This document shows, piece by piece, positions 9,123 through 19,395 of a stretch of 64,000 nucleotides of DNA. The stretch covers positions 1 to 64,000 of IMG/VR virus record IMGVR_UViG_2923519811_000002, one strand, 5' to 3'. Each line of letters opens with the position of its first letter. Position 1 is the stretch's first letter. Made by a program: the position numbers and the translations under genes. This DNA is from a virus (Duplodnaviria > Caudoviricetes). Under the pieces are notes generated by a model. The model was not told the origin of the DNA. It saw only the letters and a list, made by a program, of their open reading frames with translations, and did not search any database.

Positions 9123-10766
9123 TCATGCCCCTCCGACTGGAAGGGGCTTGAGGTTCGCAGCCTGCCGCCGCTCGTTCAGCCGCTTGATGTCTTGCGAGTT
9201 GATGCCAGGTTTCTTCGCCAGGTCCTGGGTAACCTCGTCCAGATCCGCAAGCTGCTGGGGCGTGATGGTCGGGGACTGCTGGCCACCATCGATACGGGTA
9301 CTGGTGCCTTTGACCAGGTCCACCAACAGCGGACTCTTGAATTTCTGGCCGGTGGCCGGATCGACGACCTCGCCGAGACTCACCGTGCGCTGATCCTTGA
9401 GCGGAGTGGTCATCTGCAGATAGGCCTCCCGGAGCTGAGCCCGCTCTTCCGGCGACCTGCTCTGATCGTCCAGCCCTGCAAGAAGCCCGTTGAGCCGCTC
9501 CTGCTTCTGCAGCTCCAGCCCGCGCGCCGCAATCTGCTGCTCGGTGGCTTGCCGCTGCAGCTGGTTGTTGAAGAACTGGTCCAGCCCCCCAGCGATACCG
9601 CCTGCCTGCCGGGCCTCCAGCTTCGCCTGCTGCTGGCGATCCCAGTTGGCACTGGCAACGCGCTCGGCCTGCTGCTGGTCAAGGCCACGGCCACGGGTGG
9701 AGTCACCGACGATGGAGAGGCCACCGCCGGCGTTGTCACGACGGGTCTGCCGAATGATCTCCGCCGCGGCCAGATTGCGCTGCATGCCCTCGGCCCCACC
9801 GCTCATGATGCTGAGCGTGCCGATGCCATCGCCGATGCCGCCACCGGCCTTGCCCTTGGCACCCGCCACGTCGTTGGGGTCGTTGGAGAACTCCATGACA
9901 CCGTTGGCGCCGCGCCGGCCGACGACGCCAGCAATGCCGGTTTCGCCGAAGCCACCGATCCCGTTGGATTCAACCTTCACGGGTTCTGCTGCGGGCAGAA
10001 CAATCCCCCCATCCGAAGGAGACTGCTTCTGCGCTACCGAGGGCGCCCCGCCAATACCCGCCGGGTGTGGCACGGAAGGGTCGGAGCCGTCACGACGGTT
10101 GGCGCCGAGGGTGGCCAGCGCGGTATCGCCAACAGCCGAGGCGGTGCCTCCCAGTTGCCCTAGGCCTGTGCTGAGCCTACGGTTGGCGGTGTCGCGGAAG
10201 GCCGTAGGGCCGCCGGGCAGAGACTGCGGATCGCCACCGGAAAGCGAGGTGATGCCGTTGCGCCCCCAGTCCAGCGGGCCAGCGAGCAGCGCTTCAGCAC
10301 CACCCACCGTGGTGTTGACGATGCCGTTGCCGAACTCGGCCAGGCCACGAAGGAATCCATTGCCGTGGGGCTGCTCGGCAGCCGGCTGCGACGGCGCTCC
10401 GCCCCCGATCCCGCCCTGGGGAATCCCCTTCATGACGGGCTGATCGTACTGGGCCTGCATGGCCTTGGCTCGCGCGGGGTTGCCAGGCACCGGACTGTCG
10501 CCGATACCGTATCGTTGTTCCGGGGCCGGCGGCTGGTAGCCTTGGATGCCACCATCAAGGCGCAACGGCGAAGGCTTGGTCTGTGCCTGAGAGTCACGCG
10601 AGAGCAAGCCCCCGTCCATACGCATCGGGGCCGGGAGCTTGATAGGAGCGGACGGCGCCCCGATGGGCATGACTCCGGGCAAAGGCGAAATGCCCTTGGC
10701 CTTCTGGGTAGCGAGCGGCGTATCGCCAGCGATCGAGCCGGGTTTGTATGGATTCTGAATAGCCAT
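9123..10766 (-). CDS. Putative DNA ejection/internal virion protein
   Basis: 547-aa Gly/Gln/Ala-rich protein directly upstream of the LPD38 gene; GGGAG RBS. Confidence 0.6.
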   Translation of the reverse strand: MAIQNPYKPGSIAGDTPLATQKAKGISPLPGVMPIGAPSAPIKLPAPMRMDGGLLSRDSQAQTKPSPLRLDGGIQGYQPPAPEQRYGIGDSPVPGNPARAKAMQAQYDQPVMKGIPQGGIGGGAPSQPAAEQPHGNGFLRGLAEFGNGIVNTTVGGAEALLAGPLDWGRNGITSLSGGDPQSLPGGPTAFRDTANRRLSTGLGQLGGTASAVGDTALATLGANRRDGSDPSVPHPAGIGGAPSVAQKQSPSDGGIVLPAAEPVKVESNGIGGFGETGIAGVVGRRGANGVMEFSNDPNDVAGAKGKAGGGIGDGIGTLSIMSGGAEGMQRNLAAAEIIRQTRRDNAGGGLSIVGDSTRGRGLDQQQAERVASANWDRQQQAKLEARQAGGIAGGLDQFFNNQLQRQATEQQIAARGLELQKQERLNGLLAGLDDQSRSPEERAQLREAYLQMTTPLKDQRTVSLGEVVDPATGQKFKSPLLVDLVKGTSTRIDGGQQSPTITPQQLADLDEVTQDLAKKPGINSQDIKRLNERRQAANLKPLPVGGA

Positions 10767-10794
10767 GTGGGGTGCTCCCTGGGGTGGATGCACC

Positions 10795-10824
10795 CGACGC
10801 TATGTCACCGGACGGAATGAGCAA
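10795..10824 (-). promoter_or_regulatory. Putative late promoter motif, copy 2
   Basis: Minus strand TTGC-N8-TCCGGTGACATAGCGTCG, intergenic. Confidence 0.6.
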
Positions 10825-10827
10825 GCC

Positions 10828-11847
10828 CTACACGACTTCGACGGCGCGCCTCATGTTCGTCCAGAAAACCGGTACCGGCGGGGTCTCGAAGGAAAGCAGC
10901 AGCGTGCTCATCGTCGAGTCGAAGAAGTAGTCATCCGGATTCGCGGCCACCCCCGACGCATTGATCATGTCCGTGGTGGTGCACACGGGGGCCGAGGTGT
11001 AGGTCTGGCTGGTGAGCGTGGTACCGGTCAGGGTACCGCCCGAAGTGAAGGTGTCGAAGCTCGCCTCGCCGATCTGCCCCTTGGTGACCTGGTAGCCGGA
11101 CATCATCATCTGGCCGCCGTCGGCGAATGGCGCGCCGATGGCAACGCCCACGAACAGGTTGGCGGTGCCGTCGTTGCTGCGGTCGGCATTGCGGAAGACG
11201 CAGTAGTCGAATGCGCCCATCACATGCGGGATCAGCCCGGTGTACCAGTTGTAGTGATCCTGCTCGACATAGGGCCAGGTGACGCTGCCGGCGTACTGCG
11301 GCCCCTGCTGCAGGTCGATCACGGTGCCGAACGGCGGAGCCGCCAGGTCGAAGCTCAGCACGTAGGCGTGCTGGTTGGTGTTGCCGCGCGTCACGTAGAG
11401 GATGCGGATGGTGGTGCCGGCCCTGGAGATCGCGACGGGGTAGTGGTTGCCGTTCACCGCCAGCCCTGCGAGCTGGATGCGCGGGCCGCCCTCCTCGGCT
11501 TCCGGCTCGGAAACATACACGAAGATGCCAGAGGCGATGACGAAGCGGCCATCCTCAAGGGGCATCACCAGGCATGGGCCGTTGGTCCAGGTGACACCGA
11601 ACTGCAGGATGTCGCCCTGGTCAGGCGGGTTGGTATCGACTTCCGCCAGGTAGGTCCCGGTCGGGTCAGCAGTCTGCGGGTCCCCGGTCACAAAAAGATC
11701 CTGCCGCCCGATCATGCTGAGCAGCCTGGGCGCGAGCACCGCCGGATAGCGCCGCTGCACGTCCGGCGAGCCGGGCGAGCGGATCAGCACGAGGTGGCCT
11801 GGGGCATCCACCCCGATGCCGTACATCGCGAACATGGGATAGATCAT
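10828..11847 (-). CDS. Hypothetical protein, probably tail/receptor-binding region
   Basis: 339-aa beta-rich ORF tightly coupled within the late operon. Confidence 0.6.
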   Translation of the reverse strand: MIYPMFAMYGIGVDAPGHLVLIRSPGSPDVQRRYPAVLAPRLLSMIGRQDLFVTGDPQTADPTGTYLAEVDTNPPDQGDILQFGVTWTNGPCLVMPLEDGRFVIASGIFVYVSEPEAEEGGPRIQLAGLAVNGNHYPVAISRAGTTIRILYVTRGNTNQHAYVLSFDLAAPPFGTVIDLQQGPQYAGSVTWPYVEQDHYNWYTGLIPHVMGAFDYCVFRNADRSNDGTANLFVGVAIGAPFADGGQMMMSGYQVTKGQIGEASFDTFTSGGTLTGTTLTSQTYTSAPVCTTTDMINASGVAANPDDYFFDSTMSTLLLSFETPPVPVFWTNMRRAVEVV

Positions 11848-11850
11848 GGC

Positions 11851-12792
11851 TTACCCCGTGGTGATTTCGGCGACCAGAGCCGAACCCGCGTTGGATGCGG
11901 AGCTGGCCACATCGGTGAATCCGCGCACAGCCTGTGCCAGGGCCTCGGCCGGACGGTTGCTGGAGAAGGCGGCGATCTTGTTGCGATCGATACCCATGGC
12001 CGCGTCGATGCCGGTCTCGGCCGCGCGCAGGCGCAGCTGCTCGAAACCCAACTCGACGTTGTAATAGCTGCTCAGGGCCTGGTAGAGGGCAGCCTGCGCC
12101 TGGGCGCGGATGCGGGCGCGTTCGATGTCCTTGTCAGGAATCGACAGCCAGGACACATAGAAAGCGCGGAGCGTGTCCATGACGCCCAACTTGAGCTTGA
12201 TGGCCTGCTCCTCGGCGAACTTCAGCAGGTCCAGCTTCAGCTCGGCCATTCGTGCCGTCTCGGTACGGTTGACGTCAGCGATCGCCTGGCCGGCGCGCTG
12301 CTCCGCTTCGCTCACCAGACGAACGGCAACCCCCGGCGGCAGCGTGAAGCCGCGCTCGGAGAACGCCGCCAGGACCCCTTGCGTCTCGGTGCTGGCCGCA
12401 CGGTAGGCGCGATCACGGGCCTCATGCCACAGGGCGTTGACCACGGCAGTGCTGTCGCCGAACGGGTCGCTGCCGCTGATGATCTTGCACAGCCACTGCT
12501 CAGGCTTGTCGCGCAGGCAGGCGGTCAGCTCCGGGAAGTACTTGCCCAGCCACTTCTCGGTTTCGGCATCGAGCCGGATCAGCTCGGAGTTCGTCTGGTC
12601 AACGCCCGGGAACAGGTCACTCATGGTCGGCGGCGGCGCCAGGTTCGGCTTGTCGACCTGGAAGTCGAAGGCATGAGCCAGCAGGTCAGGTACCACGGAG
12701 CCGGTGATGCGGGACGCGGTTTCCCGCGCCGACCGCAAGGTGCTCTCGACGGTACCCTGCAGGCGGGTGACGGCATCTTCTACGGAAGCCAT
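11851..12792 (-). CDS. Putative virion structural protein (helical)
   Basis: ATG at 12792 (MASVEDAV) just after the upstream stop; operon coupling. Confidence 0.65.
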   Translation of the reverse strand: MASVEDAVTRLQGTVESTLRSARETASRITGSVVPDLLAHAFDFQVDKPNLAPPPTMSDLFPGVDQTNSELIRLDAETEKWLGKYFPELTACLRDKPEQWLCKIISGSDPFGDSTAVVNALWHEARDRAYRAASTETQGVLAAFSERGFTLPPGVAVRLVSEAEQRAGQAIADVNRTETARMAELKLDLLKFAEEQAIKLKLGVMDTLRAFYVSWLSIPDKDIERARIRAQAQAALYQALSSYYNVELGFEQLRLRAAETGIDAAMGIDRNKIAAFSSNRPAEALAQAVRGFTDVASSASNAGSALVAEITTG

Positions 12793-12796
12793 GGGG

Positions 12797-14818
12797 TCAG
12801 TCCTCCAGAATGGCGGCGCCACCCCTGGTCGAGGCCAGCAGGGGGCTACCGAGGTAGTAGGCTCCGGCGCGCGGCCGGGGGAAGGTGAGGTAGTCGCTCC
12901 AGGTCCTGCCGCTGTCCCTGCTGATGCGCACAGCGTTTTCCGTCTCGACGGTGGCGAAGAGCACGGCCTCGAGGACGGTGTTGCCGGCGGCATCGAACAC
13001 GGTCCGCTGCATGCAGCTGATGTGCACCGGGAACTGGTGTTGCACTGTTGGCTGATGGCTGAACCCGATTGCCGAGCGCAGGCCGGCGCGCCCGGTGCGC
13101 AGATCGAACACTGCCAGATGCACAGGGCTGGCTACGCCGGTACCGAAGTCCTGCCAGGCCTCGTAGCAGACGAAGGCAACCTCGTACTTGCTGATCGGCA
13201 CGAACATCGGAGCCAACGGCCACAGCTTGTAGCTGCCCGTCGGCGGCATCAGCACGGGGCTGGTACCGGAGGAAAAGACCGGGATCGTCGGCCCTTGAAT
13301 GCCAGCGCCCACCTCCTCGAAACGGACCTGGTACACCACCGCAGGGAGTTCCTGGCCAGCGGCGTCCAGCAGGGTGACCGAGAACTCCAGTCGGCCGGAC
13401 GCCAGGTCGGCGGGCATGAAGGGGCCCTCACCCAGGCTGAAGATGCCGGCACGGTTGCCCTCCATCCGCCAGGTCACCTCGACCAGCGCCCCCGGGAGGG
13501 GAATGGTGGCCACCGGGTTGACTGCATGGACCCGGGCTTCATCCAGATGCCCAGCCACCCAGACGTCGTAGGGCCTGCGCCTGCCCGGGCTGGTTGGATC
13601 GGCGCTGTCCCACACTTCGTGCGTCAGCTCGGCCACCTGGAAGTCACCGTCGAGGCCAACCTCGAAACGCACGGTGGCAGCGCCCCCGGCGTCGACGTAC
13701 TCGAAATCCCAGCCTGCGCCTGGGTCGGAGAGGGTCGCGTTGAGCGCGCAGAGCCTGGCGTTCACCACGAAGCGCCCATTGAACCAGGCAACGCCGAGGG
13801 CATCGGTCCAATTGGGTCGGCTGCCGCCGGCCGGCACAACGCGCCCGCCCGCCTCCCAGGCATCCCAGAATGCAGACCAGGCATTCTGCGGCGCCTCGAA
13901 GGGGGAGCTGATGGAGCGCCGGGGCCTGGCCAGCCAGGGGCCATTGTGGAAGAAGTCGACGCTGTGCTGGTCCGGCGACCAGAGCCTGCTCCAGGCGACG
14001 GTAGCCGGCTGCTGCCCGGCCTGGGCCGCCTGGTAGTTGAGCAGCAGGAACAGCAGCGCACTGTTCCCCCAGCTGTGAGCTGCGTCCGGGTCAACGTTCG
14101 TCACCACGGGCAGGACCAGCAGGGTCCACGGCCCGGTGGATGCCGATGCACCCTGCATCCCCTGGTACTCGAAGGACATGTAGCCCAGGTTGGTCCTGGC
14201 GAGCAGTTGATAGCCGGGGGCGTGCTGCTCGATGAACGACTCTGCCAGCCAGTAGCCGGGAAGTGCCTCGGATCTGGGGTAGGCCTGTACACCGCTGTAC
14301 ACCAGAGACCCAGCAGGCACCTGGTCGGCGGAGTCGTAGGGATAGCTGCTGCCCGGCGCCGGATAGACCCGCAGGGCGTGCGCCCGGATGACGTCACGGT
14401 GCACGGTGCTGTAGGACCTCCACAGGAAGGCCTGCTGCCAGGGCGCGAGCGGCCCCTGCTGTGTTGGGTCGAAACCCAGCGCGACGAACTTGGGGGCCAC
14501 AGTCTTCGGCTCCACGTCCTCGTAGCCCAGCGGGGCGGATGCCAAGCCGATGCGGCTGTCGAACTGGTCGCGGGGGCCGGTCGGGTAGGCATTCCCTCGG
14601 TCGTCCAGCCGCGCATCGAAGACCAACAGCTGCCCCGGCGGGTCAATGATCACTGCAGTGGCGGAGGCCCCATTGCGCGTGGCGCGGATCAGGTAGCCGT
14701 CGATGATCTCGGAGTTCGACTGCCGGTTGAACCGGACCAGGCGCAAGGCCAGGCGCTTCGCGCGGTCCAGAAGGTAGGTCCCCGACACGCACAACGACTT
14801 GGCGTTGACGATGGCCAT
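12797..14818 (-). CDS. Hypothetical tail-region protein
   Basis: 673 aa, TGATG coupling to upstream gene, RDSGRTWS Asp-box-like motif near the C-terminus. Confidence 0.65.
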   Translation of the reverse strand: MAIVNAKSLCVSGTYLLDRAKRLALRLVRFNRQSNSEIIDGYLIRATRNGASATAVIIDPPGQLLVFDARLDDRGNAYPTGPRDQFDSRIGLASAPLGYEDVEPKTVAPKFVALGFDPTQQGPLAPWQQAFLWRSYSTVHRDVIRAHALRVYPAPGSSYPYDSADQVPAGSLVYSGVQAYPRSEALPGYWLAESFIEQHAPGYQLLARTNLGYMSFEYQGMQGASASTGPWTLLVLPVVTNVDPDAAHSWGNSALLFLLLNYQAAQAGQQPATVAWSRLWSPDQHSVDFFHNGPWLARPRRSISSPFEAPQNAWSAFWDAWEAGGRVVPAGGSRPNWTDALGVAWFNGRFVVNARLCALNATLSDPGAGWDFEYVDAGGAATVRFEVGLDGDFQVAELTHEVWDSADPTSPGRRRPYDVWVAGHLDEARVHAVNPVATIPLPGALVEVTWRMEGNRAGIFSLGEGPFMPADLASGRLEFSVTLLDAAGQELPAVVYQVRFEEVGAGIQGPTIPVFSSGTSPVLMPPTGSYKLWPLAPMFVPISKYEVAFVCYEAWQDFGTGVASPVHLAVFDLRTGRAGLRSAIGFSHQPTVQHQFPVHISCMQRTVFDAAGNTVLEAVLFATVETENAVRISRDSGRTWSDYLTFPRPRAGAYYLGSPLLASTRGGAAILED

Positions 14819-16836
14819 CAGGAGAGTCTCCGGCTGGACGCTGCGACCGATGTTTCGACGGTGGCCAGCTCCGCCTGGCTGGCCGCGTAGATCTTCAGCT
14901 TCAGGCGCCAGGATCGCCCGGTGACCCCCTTGGCCGTGGTGGCGCGCAGGGTAGGCTCGCGGGAGACGACCTTGTAGGTATGCTCGGCGCCGTCGTCAGC
15001 GCGCAGCACGGCCAGCACCTGGCCGTCCGTGCAAAGCCCGAAGTACACGGCATCCACTCGCTTGAGCTGGTTGGTCCCGTAGTCGGTGGCACCGAAGTCC
15101 ACCTGCATGTCGACGGTATCGCCGTCGTCATCGCCCGGCGCGATCCGGTAGATCCCGTCCTCCCGGACACCGAATGAGCCGTAGGGCGTGCGCCCGATCG
15201 CCAGGAAGTCGAAGTTGCTGTAGCGCGTGATGGCGCCGGTGAGGATGTTGGAGGCGTACTGGATGCCCTCCAACTGCGGGATGTTGGACTGGGTACTCAC
15301 CAGCACCTGGTCAGCGAAGGCCAGGTCGACATCGCCCTGCTCTGCCATCAGGCTGCCGGCGAAGATGGTCTCGAACCACTCCAGGCCCTCGGTGATTTCC
15401 ACCTCCAGCAGCACGTCGTCGCCAACGGTCACGGTCGAGATGAAGCTGGCCTGCAGGTCGGCGCCGAGCGAGAACGTGTCCCGCACCAGGACCGGCTCAC
15501 TGAACTGTGCCGAGCTGCTGTCCAGCCAAGGCGCGTAGCCGATGCCGATGTAGCCGCCCCGGTAGACGCCAACGCCCTGGGCGTATCCATGCTCCCCGCC
15601 TACGCCTTGGGCAGCGGCTGCCACACCGGATCCGCGACCGACGCCACCGCTGATGACTCGCCCGGTACCGAGCGGCTTCGGTCCGTACCCCACGCCGTAG
15701 GAGAAGGAGATCTCCGGGAAACCGGCGCGCCCTTCGCCCTGGTAGCCGCCTCGGTAGACGCCGACGCCCTGCGCGTAGGCGCGGTCGCCGCCGATGCCGA
15801 GGTAGCCGCCACGGAATGTCCCGACACCGCCATTGGCCGCGGGCGTCGCCTGGCCCTCGATGCCGATGTCGACGGCGGCGCTGGAGTGGTTCAGCGTGTG
15901 GCCGACCGCGCTGCCCTGGATACCGACACGACCGGACGCCGAGCTGTACCGCCGATCGCCAACGCGGCCGAGGGCGTAGCCGCTGACGCCTACGCGCCCT
16001 TCCGCCCGGGGGCGCCGGTCGAAGCTGGCCGTGATGCCAACCCGCCCGGATGCCGTGCCGAAGTTGTAGTTGGCCAGCAACGGGTCTTCAACGAAGTCGC
16101 CGGCCGCGTAGAGGGAGACGTCGAGCCGCGCGAAACCGGTGCTCCGGGTTGGACTGGTACGGACCACCACCCCATCCACCAGGTACTGCACGATCCCCTT
16201 GGACCTGGCCACGCGCAAGACCGGACGGGCCGACAGTGGCGTGGCCACCGACTGCACCACCACACCGCCTTCGTAGATGTCCAGGGCGCCCTGGTGGCCG
16301 TAGAACGCATGGCTGCAATCGGCCGGGCTCACGGTATCGGAACGGCTGTTCAGCCCCACCACCGCGCCAATGGAGCTGGGACCGATGATGAACTGGGCGT
16401 AGCCGTCGCCAAGCAGGCCGCCGATGGACTGGCCACCACTGTTCCAGCCGGGCAGCGCGTCGTACACCACCTTGGGCGGCACCGCAGGAACAGCAGGCGT
16501 GGCCGGGTAGCAGCGCTTCTCGTAGTACCACACCAGCGGCCCACCCGCGCCGCCGGCCCCGACGAACATGTCGCGGATCTCCGGCGGCACGCCGACCACC
16601 TTCGGGCCGTAGAGCGGGCGGCCTGACGCATCAATGCCAACCTCACCGTAGTAGGTGTTCCCCAGCTTCTGCTGGGTGAGCATCTGGGTCAGGCTGGCCA
16701 TCAGCTGCAGGTTGTTCGCATAGGCGCCGAAGTCCGAGAACACCGGGACGTCCACGCAATACGCAGGGATCGCCGGCACCCCCGGCGTCCCGGGGATGTT
16801 CCGCACCGCCGGGACCTTACTCAGCCGGTTGGCCAT
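14818..16836 (-). CDS. Virion structural protein (Gly-rich)
   Basis: 672 aa in the late operon; internal YAQGVGVYRGGY duplication. Confidence 0.7.
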   Translation of the reverse strand: MANRLSKVPAVRNIPGTPGVPAIPAYCVDVPVFSDFGAYANNLQLMASLTQMLTQQKLGNTYYGEVGIDASGRPLYGPKVVGVPPEIRDMFVGAGGAGGPLVWYYEKRCYPATPAVPAVPPKVVYDALPGWNSGGQSIGGLLGDGYAQFIIGPSSIGAVVGLNSRSDTVSPADCSHAFYGHQGALDIYEGGVVVQSVATPLSARPVLRVARSKGIVQYLVDGVVVRTSPTRSTGFARLDVSLYAAGDFVEDPLLANYNFGTASGRVGITASFDRRPRAEGRVGVSGYALGRVGDRRYSSASGRVGIQGSAVGHTLNHSSAAVDIGIEGQATPAANGGVGTFRGGYLGIGGDRAYAQGVGVYRGGYQGEGRAGFPEISFSYGVGYGPKPLGTGRVISGGVGRGSGVAAAAQGVGGEHGYAQGVGVYRGGYIGIGYAPWLDSSSAQFSEPVLVRDTFSLGADLQASFISTVTVGDDVLLEVEITEGLEWFETIFAGSLMAEQGDVDLAFADQVLVSTQSNIPQLEGIQYASNILTGAITRYSNFDFLAIGRTPYGSFGVREDGIYRIAPGDDDGDTVDMQVDFGATDYGTNQLKRVDAVYFGLCTDGQVLAVLRADDGAEHTYKVVSREPTLRATTAKGVTGRSWRLKLKIYAASQAELATVETSVAASSRRLS

Positions 16837-16845
16837 GGCCGCTCC

Positions 16846-17289
16846 TTAGAACTCGGGAAGCGCGATCGCGTAGGCCTCAAGGCGCTGCACGGCGCCAACC
16901 ACCAAGGCCGTGCTGCTGAAGTTCAGATCCGCGCCGGCAATGGCGACGCTGCCCTGGATGCGTACAGCGGAGGTAGAGGCGGCATCGGTATCCGCCGGCA
17001 GCACCAAGCGGAAGAAGGTCGCGGCGCCGGCCGCAACGACGGTGCCCCGCCAGTCTTCGGCCAGGTTCTTGGTGATGACGCCACCCGGCGCATCCGCCTC
17101 CCAGGTCAGGCCTGCGCCGGCGTCGGTCTTGATCGTCAACAGCAACTGGTTGGACGCGGCGATGGCAGCGTCGACGCTGGCAGGCTCGGGCCCGGAATAG
17201 ATCCGCAGCTCACAGCCGTTGAGCGCGGTGCGCAGCGGCGCTACGGCAAGCAATGCCCGGCGCAGGCCGGTGCTGAATTTCAGGCTCAT
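16846..17289 (-). CDS. Virion structural protein
   Basis: 147 aa, IYSGPEPAS..G.ATFFR pattern common in phage structural proteins. Confidence 0.7.
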   Translation of the reverse strand: MSLKFSTGLRRALLAVAPLRTALNGCELRIYSGPEPASVDAAIAASNQLLLTIKTDAGAGLTWEADAPGGVITKNLAEDWRGTVVAAGAATFFRLVLPADTDAASTSAVRIQGSVAIAGADLNFSSTALVVGAVQRLEAYAIALPEF

Positions 17290-17290
17290 G

Positions 17291-17674
17291 TCAGTCTCCG
17301 CGGATGACGATATCGTTGAGGGCGAAGGCGTTGATGGCGCCGGCCACCACCGGCAGTGCCGCCGGCAGCGGCAAGGCCGCCAGGAAGTTGCCTCCAGACG
17401 CGGCATCCCAGATGCCGAGGTGCGTCACCGAATAGCTCGCGCCGGCCGCCGCCGCGTTGAACACCACGTCGGCGCTGTTGCGGGCGCGGTAGATGGTTCC
17501 GGACAGGCTCTTGACCAGGGAGGTCGCCTTGCGCGCGTAGTTCGCATCGACGCCTGCCGCCACCTCGTTGGCGCCGGTCGCACCGGGGTCGCCGGTGTGC
17601 GCCGACACGTACTTGGTGGAGTTGGTGAACAGCAGGTCGATGATCTGCTCGCTGGTATAGGTCGGGGTCGACAT
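17291..17674 (-). CDS. Small tail-fibre-related structural protein
   Basis: HTGDPG..GANEV...YAR...THLGIWDAASGGNFL pattern. Confidence 0.7.
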   Translation of the reverse strand: MSTPTYTSEQIIDLLFTNSTKYVSAHTGDPGATGANEVAAGVDANYARKATSLVKSLSGTIYRARNSADVVFNAAAAGASYSVTHLGIWDAASGGNFLAALPLPAALPVVAGAINAFALNDIVIRGD

Positions 17675-17681
17675 GAGGGCC

Positions 17682-18200
17682 TCACACCACGTTCGTGGGA
17701 ATCAGGGACAGTTCCGCGCGGACGCGCAGCACCTGGCCGGCCTCCACGTCCTTGGGGGAGTTGAATCGCGCCACCGACAGCAGCATCCCGGTGTTGCCGC
17801 CCTTCTCCGAGCTGGACACCAGGAAGCCGCCGTACAGGCGCTTGTTCTGGTTGGAGGTGAACACCGCACGGCTGGCTGCGTTGGTGATCAGGCCGTTGGT
17901 GTTGACCCGGTTCCACAGTGGGCGGACGGCCTCGCTGTACCCCACGAACTCGCCGATGACGCCAGGCAGGTCCGAAGCCAGCGCGCCGGAGGCCGGGAGG
18001 TAGTTGTTCTCGAAGAGGCCGACGTAGAAGGTGCCGATCGGCGAGGTATCGCCGAACATGGCCTGGGCCATGTAGTTCAGGCCAGCGAGCGGCACCAGGT
18101 TGTGCTCATACCACTCGCTTACCAGGCGGCCCTCCTCCATCAGCTCGAAGTGGTAGACAAAGCCGAATGTCACGGCGTCTTCGTTTCGAACGTGCATCAT
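17682..18200 (-). CDS. Virion structural protein
   Basis: HNLVP..GLNY pattern, operon coupling. Confidence 0.65.
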   Translation of the reverse strand: MMHVRNEDAVTFGFVYHFELMEEGRLVSEWYEHNLVPLAGLNYMAQAMFGDTSPIGTFYVGLFENNYLPASGALASDLPGVIGEFVGYSEAVRPLWNRVNTNGLITNAASRAVFTSNQNKRLYGGFLVSSSEKGGNTGMLLSVARFNSPKDVEAGQVLRVRAELSLIPTNVV

Positions 18201-19393
18201 TCAATCTCCATGTCGAAGGAGTCCTCGACGCCGAGGGTGTTGGGGGCCACGGGCCCCTTCATGGTGGTGACCAGCATCTGCAGGCCGTTGTTGTCCACGA
18301 CGCCGGACGTGGCATAGGCCGCCAGGCTGGGCGCGTAGCGTTGTTGTTGGGGCAGGCTGACGGTGCCGTCGACCTGGGCGATGGCCATGCCGTACTGCGT
18401 CATCCAGGCGGCCTGGCCGCCCGGCAGCGTGACCCCGCTCCCGCGCACGGCACCGAAGCCGAAGATGTCGCGCTGCGAGGCGTCTTCGGTACCGGGCGCC
18501 ATGAGCAGGTAGGTACGCTGTCCGGCAGCGATGAAGATGCCGGCGTCGTTGGCGGCCACCATGTCGATGGCCGCGCCGTACTGGACGAAGCCGAAGGCGG
18601 GATTCACCAGGTGCGGCGCGAACGGCTCGGTGATCCAGAGGGCAGACCCCACCACCAGCACCAGGCGCCCCTTGTAGGCGGTGACGTGCGTGGCCACCGG
18701 CGGCTGCACGAGGTTGGTGGTGGTCAGCCTGGCGCTTGAGTCGGTGACGCTGGTCAGGCTGAAGCCATCAATGTGGCTGCTCGACTGCAGGTAGAGCGTC
18801 TCGCCATTGGCGACGCTGGCGTAGATGCGGCAACTGGTGGCCCCCGCCGGTGCGGTCCACAGCAGGTCGATGGAGCCAGGCGCCTCCAGCGTGACCAATA
18901 GGGGCGCCGCCCCGGATTCAGCGCCGAAGCGATCGAGGGCCGTGACCGCCACCCGGTAGATGCCGGCCGGCAGGTTGCCACTGCTCAACACCACGCGCGG
19001 CATGATCTCGGGCAGCCCCCAAGGGCCAACCTGGTCCCCGCGCACGCGAAGCATGTCGATGGCGGAGCACAGGAAAGCGTCACCGTTCAGCTCGGCGCCG
19101 CAGAGACCACCGGTGGCAGGAGCGGCACCGATGGTCCGAAGTTCGTTGGTGGTGGCGGAGTACTGCAGCAGGTTGCCGCCGGCAGCCACCAGCAGCCCGT
19201 CCCGGTAAGGAACCGCGCCATGGGCGCCTGCGAGGTCGGCCACCTTCCGCTGGCCGGCCCGCTGCTGCAGGCCGCCGCCGCCCACCGGGTCGAGGTTGAG
19301 CAGGTCGCGCACCTGCTTCGGCGGGATGCGGTCCACCTGGGCCAGGTTGTTCATGCCCTCGGACCAGTCGTCGACGCGAACCAGCTCAGGCAT
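18197..19393 (-). CDS. Putative tail nozzle/stabilisation protein
   Basis: 398 aa; N-terminal GMNN...VRDLLNLD..GGLQQRAG typical of podoviral nozzle genes; follows the adaptor gene. Confidence 0.6.
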   Translation of the reverse strand: MPELVRVDDWSEGMNNLAQVDRIPPKQVRDLLNLDPVGGGGLQQRAGQRKVADLAGAHGAVPYRDGLLVAAGGNLLQYSATTNELRTIGAAPATGGLCGAELNGDAFLCSAIDMLRVRGDQVGPWGLPEIMPRVVLSSGNLPAGIYRVAVTALDRFGAESGAAPLLVTLEAPGSIDLLWTAPAGATSCRIYASVANGETLYLQSSSHIDGFSLTSVTDSSARLTTTNLVQPPVATHVTAYKGRLVLVVGSALWITEPFAPHLVNPAFGFVQYGAAIDMVAANDAGIFIAAGQRTYLLMAPGTEDASQRDIFGFGAVRGSGVTLPGGQAAWMTQYGMAIAQVDGTVSLPQQQRYAPSLAAYATSGVVDNNGLQMLVTTMKGPVAPNTLGVEDSFDMEIE

Positions 19394-19395
19394 GG

